The notes beneath the pieces were generated by a model. The model did not search any database. It was not told the origin of the DNA and saw nothing but the letters and a program-made list of their open reading frames with translations. A DNA stretch of 64,000 nt, taken from positions 39,864-103,863 of the forward strand of contig CANQWK010000002.1 in assembly GCA_947627545.1 (NCBI GenBank), written 5' to 3'. The position numbers were made by a program, and so were the translations under genes. Of this stretch, positions 35,201 through 43,000 are shown one piece after another. Origin of the DNA: an uncultured Clostridia bacterium. GTDB taxonomy: Bacteria > Bacillota > Clostridia > Christensenellales > UBA1242. Numbering within the stretch: the first letter of the stretch is position 1; each line of letters starts with the position of its first letter.

Positions 35201-38184
35201 ACGAACAAGAAGCGCGCGAAATTGCTCAGGCTAACAGTCAAACCGACTACGCACTAGGCAGTTTTGTTAAAATTTTAACCGATGCAGATAACAACGATAA
35301 TATTTGGTTTGAAATTTCTAAATATATTCAAGCAAAAACCTATTCGCTATCGGTTCAAACTCTTGCAGGAAATGGTAGCGAAGATGTAACGCCAAATAAT
35401 TTATTAAATTCAATTGAGCCGCAAACATATTTAGAAGTTAGCAAATTAAAAGATGCAGTTTTGTCTGCAAATTTAAGCCGCGGAGTAAGGCTTAACATTG
35501 CAAAAGCGCAAACCGACCAAACAGGTTATAGCAATAGTTATGAAATTTCGTTAATAGATAATGACCAAACCTATGTATATAGGTTAAATTCTAACAGCGA
35601 AAACATATTTGACCAAAACAATTATTTAATTTACACTATGCCAAGCAGTATATTAACAATAGATGGGCGGCAAATTTCTTTACAAAGCCATAAAACATAC
35701 AAAATTATGGTTAGAGCCTTGGCTGATAAGCAAAATGTTATAAACGGCAGTTATGCAACAGAAAACGGCGAAAATAAAAGTTTAAACATTCAAATTGCCG
35801 AAACCGCTGAACAAGTTGCAATAAGCGAAGGCGTGTTAAAATATAAAATTGCAGAAAATCAAAATTATTTAGGCGTGCTTGTAAAAATGGGCTTTATGGT
35901 AGAAGACGCTATGCGATATTTAATCTTTACAAACACAAATGCAGGTTCAAGTTCGGCAGTAGGCGGCTGGTATAGTTATCAGTTTAAAGACGGCAACGAT
36001 TATCTATTTGAAGGCTCTACAAGCAACAAGTCCAACATTGATGCGGAAAAAATTTATACTTTAAAATTGTCTGTTTATGGGGAAGTGCTTAACGGCGAAA
36101 GCGGAATAGTTTATGTTTTAAATAGCGATTTCTACACGCTTGAAAACACAACAAGGCAGGCAAGCGTTAATTTGGAAAGCATAAAAGCAGAAAACGGCAT
36201 TTTAACTTGGCAAGAAGTTGCCGGTGCAACAGGATATGAAATTAATGTAATGTCGTCATCTAACATAAAAGTGTTTGGCGGAACAACTGAACAATTGAGT
36301 TTTGATTTATCCAACAAAATTGAAGCAGGAAACAATTATACAATTTCGGTTAGGGCGTTGGCAGATGAAAAAATTAATGCAATAAACACAATATCTAACA
36401 TTAAATTTACAAAATTAAATAATGTAGATGCGGAAAGCTTTAAAATAGAAACAGGCTCAATTAGTTGGGCAGAAGTGGAAAATGCAAGCGGCTATAACAT
36501 AAGGTTAAGTTATCAATCAAACGGTGAGCAGAAAGAACAAACATTAACTCAATTGCAAACTAATTTGTCCTTGCCGGACGATTTAACAGGAAATTATATT
36601 TTATACATTCAGGCTGTTGGCAATAATTACGACATTTTAAATTCAAACACAATCAGCTATTCATCATCGGCAGAGCGTCCGCAAGAGATAAGCGACATTG
36701 AATGGGATGCAACAAATGCAAGATTTGTAATAACTCCATCGGCAGATTTTAGAACTAACGATACAATTGAAGTTAGATATAGAATGAATAAATATGACTA
36801 TTCAACCGGTGCAAAATTAGAAGAAAATTATCAATCAAGTTACACCATAACAAACACCGGTGCCGAAAAATATTATTTCGAACCAAAAATTATGGGCGTG
36901 TATTTGTCCGTTTATGCGGTGGTAAACCGTGCAGGCAGTGTAAGTTCGCCAAGAATAAATTATTTAGGCGGCGAGTTAGATTTACATATATTCGAGGCAG
37001 GAGATGGCGAAAGCGAACCATATAAAATTTCTAATTCTAGCCAATTGATGAATATGGGTTTAAGAAAGAATAGCAAATTTGTTTTAACAACTAGCATAGA
37101 TTTGCAAGAACAACAAGAAAAAATTAAGGAAAATTTATCTAACTTTGGTGCGGCAATTTGTAGCGAATTTAATGGAGAATTAAGCGGCGGATTTAGCAAC
37201 ACAAAACTTTCAATTAGTGGGTTTAATTTCAGCTTAACAGATAGCAATTTTGCTTTATTTAAAACCATTAATAACGCAACAATTAAAGATGTTATTTTAG
37301 GCAATAACAGTGAGGCAATAATTGAAGTGAATTGTTCAAATGTAAAAACAAATGACTTAAATTTGGCAGTTTTGGCAAGTGAAAGTGTAAATTCAAACAT
37401 TAAAAATGTAACAATTCAAAACATAAAAATCTCGGTTAGCGGAACATCGCAAGGCAATGTGTTTGTGGCTGGTTTGGTTGGCAACTCGCAAAATTCAAAT
37501 TTTGTGGATTGCAATGTAGGTTTTGCTGTTGACTATAAATTGCAAAATGTAGTAACAAAACATGTTGGCGGCATGGTTGCTAAAGCGGTTGGTGGCAAAT
37601 TTGAACAAACAAATGCTTTAAACACAAATAATGTTAAATTTGAGTTTAATTCTAATGTGGAAAACACTTATGCAGTAAGTTATTTGGGCGGCGTGGTTGG
37701 AAAATTTGAATGTTCACGAAATCAAATTGGCGAAATTTCTAACATGAAAATAGACCTAAACTTTAAAACAATTAATGCTCAAAATGCAGGCGGCCTTGCA
37801 GGTTATGCAGGTTACACAAACATAAACAATTGCAATGTGGTTGGCACAATTACCACAGCAGAAATTAATCAAATAAATTTAGGCGGTTTGGTTGGAAAAC
37901 TTCAAAGTAGCACAATAAATGCTTCAGGTGTAGGCTCAACAAACAATCAATTCAGCTTAAATGCAAGCATTTCTAGTTCTAACACAGGCAATATAAGATT
38001 AGGCTTATTAATTGGCGAATTGTCTAGAGAAAATGAAAGAGATGACGAAATTAATAATGTTTTAAATTGCTATTCTTACACTGAGTTTTCAGTAAATGTA
38101 ACCACACTTAATCCGCTAAATTTAGGAGTGTATGGTTATGCTCAAAATGGCTCGTCATATATAGGCGAATGTCAAAAAAGATAA
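29299..38184 (+). CDS. Giant surface lipoprotein (2,961 aa): Big_2 domain, many FN3-like modules, C-terminal GLUG-motif array
   Basis: The signal peptide has a lipobox-like V-C-F-G-C26. The Big_2-like segment is ITLLVGDEFEPTVNFMPSFASNKKYYIKSSNENVLSVVGLKVKAVLEGEAYLTVV. FN3-type W..(V/I)..A.GY signatures recur: LIWQNIASASGYNIFV, LVWQANNLAQSYSIKAY, LTWQEVAGATGYEINV, ISWAEVENASGYNIRL. GLUG units after aa ~2,570: VAGLVGNSQNSNFVDC, AGGLAGYAGYTNINNC, LGGLVGKLQSSTINAS. Confidence 0.88.
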   Translation: MKELKIKRYIFITAILLFAMFVCFGCKVSTPVESISIDLNNFNEAGITLLVGDEFEPTVNFMPSFASNKKYYIKSSNENVLSVVGLKVKAVLEGEAYLTVVSKDNDSAQDSVLIYVKQYVETLSTPQNLQYNSSTQSLTFNSVANAQSYTLEINGENVNIGNNTIFALNPKYFNQVLTIKVKAIAPSYSHAYSSSNSSAALQIYQASAVENITASSINGNSNLTFSHSSATKFKLSIFDGVNVEPWQEVETNSVSLMELNEKYAGKNVEIKIEALVDDEIKNLAENVNVNFYSAEASKSVYVLNKADVDIQANTLIWQNIASASGYNIFVNGSKAAETEMNSYDLLNLNLQPTENFYSVKVEPKISGNNLAKTADATTLKFNVLPDPVLNLQQETITWQEEGFCLVTLTKGSQIVFSATEKRSSYNLDFGNGNYVLSVQNLGGLNEVDGVYYLSSKISSINITKQNLQNYMLNFSANIGESYNALLNNQPIDANLFEDISNANFNEENSSLSIEGANVSINLQNAQFNPGEQTITLTNENKVIITKFVQLKRINSITINDATAIVQNDENATIKFEIYNNLSSLVCSAYGEEAEIETLDKTSSNFLPAGEYIIKVFVYGNGNTTIGVRELGREIETASLNFTVLEAPNLVLKSSEIKQIEFEKIENAREYKLYKKSGNLINEFNNEITINENCSFEFELETGKLNLLARAVGNNSSLQGDCYLSSCYGEIEIAVLNAPNLVFNKDNQKFEIIDTNDANAIENYEIKFAEQTNTFNSKGEIEYSPNFEIGINNFTITANAVDEKVDGVYYLNATNQAEINKIDAEPTINIYQIDDEFNLPVSKVEYFNYLLITPTKLQGEFELDLTFKIGEQSFNFATQKGVLTSENGYNLPYYYDQTSYYIALNNNYSPIISELLTAQTFDVSVKFKAKEQNQVTSDAFTKTLNVLKQSAIKRQQNEQAFEFVNVNARSSNSYKILIDNTYVLNIDENLKNVEEEGQNYFVLPLSFVQQKLSEIDLELGQIEHSISILTISVLNDSNEVGFAPNSNALKFAISSNINLQAKKQTSGDDVDLYLYFDKISAEFEKLYMVEFYTKLDGEKQIISTTSLTDSQAQDNIITFNLINSFDSEIYVSVYVSTAGRLQEVEMFNSQYSNEIFIKRVNAVSSFYISNNVLYIENSEYNLVANYEIYLGENKIGTVAASRKAEFNLPSQISSGNLSIRSVSWLEVGGQIYTNSNRSEPIQIIKTSLDVSLQNGDFVVNATNLKKLKTKFEDGHAYLKIEDRIGGLLVASHEIYLNDLTYSNCVKFNFETNSISIEAYGILTYSGTENLIFNLVVLYESEELYGSEGSEPFYINSNSVEISGTGLNSVQNLDIRYFQSTDGGEKIDKIYWENPNSQPSNYVLKLTYQGVTHSSLNGSFYYENELINPSNIIENNQIKLPTKFEMGGQSYVFESGEYLLEIKAVPLTENSFSSNYVAVHIEILDAVTPYVDNGNLVWQANNLAQSYSIKAYEVVGENEADWNYLTTIHTTQSQTANCTINFENEIAKDGLIALSIQAVSDVKADTDESGTKSYTINSVWSKKLVVYKLPEIEEVYINDGFLVLKANKYFSKASIEFVGGGVKYEPIYLDRQADATKIYEQLKAFNSWQQADIDANSQHYIVNLNQEGTFNVLEDETYSFNISLTGNTANADNGYLPIVNSSKTISASNLKATKIKKSNSLVGKTIGQFEINANLQAGGQTSSYSNLNYAFGEEAITDPDLLNALIYKINLSVLQDEQTLNYSIYALDYNYFSSLTSENKHEFTQDEISENNYGNLCGYYLANKNGNEIKINVYKNNIINFQAKNISYIKINAEQQEGKINYSMPSGEAEEIDLSNGGTFVLDVFVLGGDSFVNNSEGDINMGFLTSQLVENYFIRYSPNNLQTKDGEIIFKNLIKYNDDAKALDYPVYKIVAQTANVLDKKVFYLYYENEQEAREIAQANSQTDYALGSFVKILTDADNNDNIWFEISKYIQAKTYSLSVQTLAGNGSEDVTPNNLLNSIEPQTYLEVSKLKDAVLSANLSRGVRLNIAKAQTDQTGYSNSYEISLIDNDQTYVYRLNSNSENIFDQNNYLIYTMPSSILTIDGRQISLQSHKTYKIMVRALADKQNVINGSYATENGENKSLNIQIAETAEQVAISEGVLKYKIAENQNYLGVLVKMGFMVEDAMRYLIFTNTNAGSSSAVGGWYSYQFKDGNDYLFEGSTSNKSNIDAEKIYTLKLSVYGEVLNGESGIVYVLNSDFYTLENTTRQASVNLESIKAENGILTWQEVAGATGYEINVMSSSNIKVFGGTTEQLSFDLSNKIEAGNNYTISVRALADEKINAINTISNIKFTKLNNVDAESFKIETGSISWAEVENASGYNIRLSYQSNGEQKEQTLTQLQTNLSLPDDLTGNYILYIQAVGNNYDILNSNTISYSSSAERPQEISDIEWDATNARFVITPSADFRTNDTIEVRYRMNKYDYSTGAKLEENYQSSYTITNTGAEKYYFEPKIMGVYLSVYAVVNRAGSVSSPRINYLGGELDLHIFEAGDGESEPYKISNSSQLMNMGLRKNSKFVLTTSIDLQEQQEKIKENLSNFGAAICSEFNGELSGGFSNTKLSISGFNFSLTDSNFALFKTINNATIKDVILGNNSEAIIEVNCSNVKTNDLNLAVLASESVNSNIKNVTIQNIKISVSGTSQGNVFVAGLVGNSQNSNFVDCNVGFAVDYKLQNVVTKHVGGMVAKAVGGKFEQTNALNTNNVKFEFNSNVENTYAVSYLGGVVGKFECSRNQIGEISNMKIDLNFKTINAQNAGGLAGYAGYTNINNCNVVGTITTAEINQINLGGLVGKLQSSTINASGVGSTNNQFSLNASISSSNTGNIRLGLLIGELSRENERDDEINNVLNCYSYTEFSVNVTTLNPLNLGVYGYAQNGSSYIGECQKR

Positions 38185-38186
38185 CG

Positions 38187-38213
38187 AAATCCCTTCGTTG
38201 AAGGGATTTTTAT
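38187..38213 (+). terminator. Intrinsic terminator after the 2,961-aa gene
   Basis: aaatcccttc-gtt-gaagggattt (10-bp stem), then a T-rich tail. Confidence 0.85.
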
Positions 38214-38230
38214 TTACACGGTTATATTTC

Positions 38231-38259
38231 TTGACTTAAAGTGAAATTTTTGATATAAT
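38231..38259 (+). promoter_or_regulatory. Promoter of the 38282 ORF
   Basis: TTGACT (38231-38236), a 17-nt spacer, then TGaTATAAT (-10 at 38254-38259). Confidence 0.7.
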
Positions 38260-38281
38260 CTAAAAAACTTAGGAGGATTTT

Positions 38282-38815
38282 ATGGCAAATAAAAATGAAA
38301 ATAAAAAGCCTTTAGATATATCTACAACCTACGTGCCTCAATTTGTTGGCGAGCCAGGTAATTTTAAATTTAAAAGTCCAATAGGTCAGGTGTTTGAAAA
38401 TGCAACCTATTTAACAGCCGAACCTTTTAAAGAAGGTTTTGCAAAGGTAACTAAACTTGGCACAAAAGAAACTGATGGCGGCAGTTTTTATTTGGACTTA
38501 GCAGGGGTAGAAAGTAAAGAAAAAACTAAGGCAGGCGAACAATTATATTCCTTTTTAAAAGGGGAAATATCTGCCGATGAAATTAAATTTTGCAATTTTG
38601 GAAATCCAGATGTAGTGGGTTTTGTTAAAAGTGCGGCAATGTTCCGCTCAAAACAGGAAAGTGAAAATATTAACGATAAAAAAGAACCACTTAAATTAAG
38701 AGATTCTTTAATGTTATTAGCTTCCGCTTGCGAGGCAGCAGATAAATTGAAAGCGGATGAAATTTCAAGGCAAAAGCGTTTAACTAAAATTTCTGCTAAT
38801 TTATTAGAAAATTAA
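38282..38815 (+). CDS. Hypothetical protein (177 aa)
   Basis: It has an AGGAGG SD, a consensus promoter and no signal peptide. The segment EPFKEGFAKVTKLGTKETDGGSFYLDLAG is weakly reminiscent of a WG-type beta repeat. The C-terminal third looks helical. Confidence 0.7.
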   Translation: MANKNENKKPLDISTTYVPQFVGEPGNFKFKSPIGQVFENATYLTAEPFKEGFAKVTKLGTKETDGGSFYLDLAGVESKEKTKAGEQLYSFLKGEISADEIKFCNFGNPDVVGFVKSAAMFRSKQESENINDKKEPLKLRDSLMLLASACEAADKLKADEISRQKRLTKISANLLEN

Positions 38816-38875
38816 AAGTGCAACAGGGCATATTAGCACTTAAAAGTTGCAAACAGGGCATATTAGTAATTAAAA
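38814..38875 (+). repeat. Imperfect ~30-bp tandem repeat just after the 38282..38815 stop
   Basis: The 14-nt core acagggcatattag occurs at 38823-38836 and 38853-38866. The flanks are aaaagtgcaAC..cacttaaaa versus aaaagttgcaaAC..taattaaaa. Confidence 0.8.
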
Positions 38876-38925
38876 ATGTACTAAAACACAAAACATTGAT
38901 AAATAAAAAATTTAAAATAAAAAAT

Positions 38926-38956
38926 AAAAACCCCATTTTTCACGGGGATTTTTTAT
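38926..38956. terminator. Weak bidirectional terminator between 38282..38815 (+) and the SpoIIID-family gene (-)
   Basis: cccc (38931-38934) pairs with gggg (38944-38947) across a 9-nt loop. It is flanked by an A run and a T run. Confidence 0.45.
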
Positions 38957-38959
38957 AAA

Positions 38960-39244
38960 TTAAAGTGAAAGGTCATCGTATTTTCCAATTTCGTTTTTTA
39001 ACTGAGCATAATGATGTTTTGTGCTTTCACCTCCATGCAAATGTTTCACGCTAAAATTTTCTTCCATAAGCTTTTTAACCTTTAAAAATAATGGGTAATT
39101 AAGTTGTTTAAGTTTAACGCTTAAATCGTGATGCACTGTGCTTTTAGGAATGTTGAATTGTTTGGCCGTAGCTCGAATTGTGGTGTGGTTTTCTAAAATG
39201 TATTCAGCAAGAGTAATTGGTCGATTAGTGTAATTGTTTTCCAT
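38960..39244 (-). CDS. SpoIIID-family helix-turn-helix transcriptional regulator
   Basis: 94 aa. The HTH IRATAKQFNIPKSTVHHDL and the basic C-terminal motif KHLHGGESTK align with the B. subtilis SpoIIID segments ...SKSTVHKDL... and ...RHLRGGEATK.... AAGGAG SD present. Confidence 0.85.
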   Translation of the reverse strand: MENNYTNRPITLAEYILENHTTIRATAKQFNIPKSTVHHDLSVKLKQLNYPLFLKVKKLMEENFSVKHLHGGESTKHHYAQLKNEIGKYDDLSL

Positions 39245-39360
39245 AATATCTCCTTTAATAAAGTTTTATTATTAAAAAATTTAAAATATGACAATTACCG
39301 ACAAATTAATTTTTTATTCAACATATTAATCCATTAAAAAATTTAGCTTACATTGAAAAT

Positions 39361-39451
39361 AAAAAACAAAAAATTTAACGAAATTATAAAAATGAAATAA
39401 AAAACTAAAAAAACAAAAAATTTAACGAAATTATAAAAATGAAATAAAAAA
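39361..39451 (+). repeat. 47-bp-period tandem duplication inside the AT-rich spacer
   Basis: The 44-nt sequence aaaaaacaaaaaatttaacgaaattataaaaatgaaataaaaaa at 39361-39404 is repeated exactly at 39408-39451. Confidence 0.85.
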
Positions 39452-39967
39452 ATAAAAAATAAAAATAAAAAATAAATAAAAAAAATAATAAAAATTTTTA
39501 AAAAATTATTAAAAATCATTAAAAATTAATAAAAAATTAAAAATTTTAATATAAAATAAAAATTTTTTATATTTTTAAAAGATTAAAAAAAGACATATTA
39601 AAAAATAATGCCAAAAAGCAAGTATTAACCATACAAATTAATATTTTGTTTATTTTAAGGCTTGAAATGTGGAAGATTTATAACAAAAACTTTATATTAT
39701 TTGCAAATAAAAAACACATAAAAATTTTTAAAAAAATAAAAAATAGGCTAAAAATTAATAAAAAAATTTAAAATTTAACGCATTTTTTATAATTTAAAAT
39801 ATTTTTTATTAATTTTTTTAAAAAATCTTTAAAAACATTTAAAAAATAAAACCTTAATTTTTTTACTCGAATTTTAATAAAAAAACGATATAAAAATTGC
39901 CATGAAAAATTAAACAAAAAAATAATAAAAAATTCAATAAAAAATCTACAAAATTCGGCAAAAACTT

Positions 39968-39996
39968 TTGACTATAAATTACAAATTTATTATAAT
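39968..39996 (+). promoter_or_regulatory. Candidate promoter of the 7,361-aa giant gene
   Basis: TTGACT (39968-39973), a 17-nt spacer, then TATAAT (39991-39996). It lies ~48 nt upstream of the ATG. Confidence 0.6.
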
Positions 39997-40044
39997 AAAT
40001 TTATAATAATATTTGCTCAATAACGCAAATTAAAGTGAGGGGTT

Positions 40045-43000
40045 ATGAAAAAAAAGGTTTTAGGTATTTTGTCTTGCGTGTTTATGCTTTTTGTTTGTTT
40101 AACACTTTCATCTTGCAAAGGTAAATATGACAAAATGCAATTCCAAGTTTTGTATGCGTTTAGTGAAGATGCTGAAACTTGGCTTGACGGCTCTAACGGA
40201 ATTGATGTCTATTATGGGCAAGAAGAGGGTTTGTTGCCTCAACAAGAAAATGGCTGGGCAAAACTTTACATAAAAATTCAAATATCTAAGGTTAAGTCTA
40301 AGTATATAGACGATATTTTTGTTTCTAGCTCTACATCAAACGGAATGTATTTAAGCAATTCTAAAGTGAAATCTGGCGAAGTTTTTTCGGTTGAAGTTAA
40401 GGACAAAGTTTCGTTTGTGCTTTCTGCGTTAGAAACTGTTTCGCAAAAAGGCACATCGGTAAATGTAAATGCCTCTTTCCCTCTTGAAAAAATTGAAACT
40501 AATTTTAATGTTAATCCGGCTGTAGTTATTGGCAATTCAATAAATTTAAACGAGTTTAATGCTTTAACCTTTTACCCTATAAACAAAACCAACCAAACAA
40601 GCGTTAATTATGAAATTAAAAGGGTAGGCTATTTTATTAACGGAGAAGAAAATAATCAATTTGTTGGAACTGCAAATATTTCAGGCGTAAGCATAAATAA
40701 TAACATTCTTTCGCTTGACAGTAATTTTAACTTTAACGCCGAGCGTTATGCAATTGAAATTGAGGCTAAGTCCACTTATAACGCTAATATTTCTTCAATA
40801 TTTTATGTTTATGCAGTAACGAATGACAACAACATTCCAACAGTAAAATATTATAACGATAACGGCTTAAACAATGCCGAAATAGATGGCAATATTATGC
40901 TATATAGCGGCACAAAATATTCTACAGCAAGTTTAATTGTTGGCTTAGAAAATGTAAACGAGGTTTACAAAACTGGAAAATATTTGTTGCATAATGGCGT
41001 GGCAAATATAGAAACTCAAATTTTTGCAAATAAAAATAGCGAGCCTGTTAATGTACAAGCTCAAACTCAGCAAGAAGATTTAAAATTCGGCTTGCATTTT
41101 GGTTTAGGCAGTGCTAATAATGTTTATACAATAACAGCAACCTCTTTAAGTTATATGCAAGATGTGGTAGTGGATTTTAAATTGGCCTTTAGTTTATTAA
41201 ATTTTGGCTCATTCAATTTTAATTCTAATGCAAAATCTATAACCATTCAAAAAGGCAGCCTTGCCACAGGAATAAAAATTGGAGATAACTTTTATAAAAA
41301 TGGTGAAAATGCTGAATTTGAAATTTATGCAACCAATGGCAAAACAAACGCCGTTACGCTAAATTTAGCGGCAGTTTCAGCAAGTAATCCTTTGCAAAAA
41401 ATTTATATTTCTAAAAGTAATAATTTAACAGTAACTCCGCTAGTAGATGAAAGCAATCCGTTTGTTTACACTAATGGCTATATAAATGTTAATTTTACTA
41501 ATAGCGACAATACCGGCTTAGGCAGCATTCAACTAAGCACTTATGCTAATCCGGAAACATTCCAAGGCTTGCAACTAGAGGCTGAACCTATTGTTGTAAA
41601 TTTGCAGTTTAAAAAGATAATTTCTGCAAATGGTTTTGCTGTGTTTAAAGATAATCAATTTCAAACTAAAATTGAAAATCGCGAATTATTGGTGGGCGTA
41701 GGCGAAGAAAACTTTTTCTATTTACGAGTTTATTATTCCAATGGCGAATTTAATAACGAATCGGCTAAATCAGTTATAATAAATGCTGGAAATGAAGGTG
41801 TTTTATTAACAAATAATGGGCTTACTTCTAACGAACTAACTTTAAATAATGTTAGTGAATTTGGAAGAGGACATGAAGATAATTTAGGCTCGGAATTTTA
41901 TGGCGATGATTATGTGCAATATCGCATTGCTTTTGCTAATGTTGATGGCTCGGCTAAGGCAACAAACATTAGCATAACATCAGGTGCGGGCACGCTTAAT
42001 ATGACATCATTTAACGCAGTGCCGGTAACCATTTCTAATGGGCAGTTTGATGTGGCTACATCAATTGCAACAACGGATGCCGTGCGTATGAACAATTCAT
42101 CAGTTGCAAATAAACATTTCTATTTTGCAACCGTGTTTAACAAAACCATTAACTTTGATGTTTTTTCCAACGAAAACAATTTAGGCAAAGATGTTAATAA
42201 ACTTACAATTATTAATCAAGACAACAGCACATTTGAAAATTCTAACTTTACAAATAATGCGGTTGAATTATCTACAATTTCTAACTATAGTTTTCAAGTT
42301 AAAACCACTACGGCTGGCCAAACAAGAGTTGTTAAACTTGCAATAAGTTATTATTATTACGACCAAGAAAATGGCTGCGTTTTGTTAAGAAACGATTATG
42401 ATAATCGTACCCCTTCAACTAACGACGATGCCGAAATTTTAACACTTGAATTTGCAGTGTTCGTGCCTATAACAGGTTTTCAAATTACACCAAATTTGTC
42501 AACTTTAAATTATATTAATAAAAACATTGCAACTAATGGCGATTTTTCTAAATATACACAAGCGGAAATATCATATAAAGCAATTTCCAATTCTATAACA
42601 AATTCGCCAACGAAGGTTATTTATTTTACTTTCGGCAGCGGCTTTGTTGAAGAAAACCCTAACAAAATTGACTTATTATTCTCGCAAAATATTGACCATA
42701 ACTCGCTAGAAATTTTCCGCGAAGTAAACGGCGTTAGAACGGCAATCAATGTCAGTTCTTTAACCTTAGATGAATTGGAAGGAAAAATTGTTGTTTTGCT
42801 TAGAAACGAAAGCAACATCAGCAGTTTAAAATTAACCTTTTCGCCTAAAATTTTTAACGAAATTAAAACCGATTCTCAAAGTGCAACTATAAATTTCCAA
42901 ACTTGTGCAGCGGCTCAAGGTGTGACAATCTCTGGCGAAAACATTATAAATCGCGTTGAAAACAGCAATTATGTAACAATTTCGTTTATCGACTCAATGC

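Noticed and set aside
39667-39771. A 34-aa Lys/Asn/Ile-rich ORF (MWKIYNKNFILFANKKHIKIFKKIKNRLKINKKI) with a weak AAGG upstream lies inside the 800-bp spacer.
   Set aside because: Any frame through A-run DNA encodes Lys/Asn/Ile, and the SD is poor. There is no support beyond being open.
40048-40055. An A8 homopolymer sits directly after the ATG of the giant gene and could act as a slipped-strand phase-variation switch.
   Set aside because: Runs of 8 A are common throughout this AT-rich window. This one simply encodes Lys-Lys-Lys in a signal-peptide n-region. The sequence gives no evidence of length variation.
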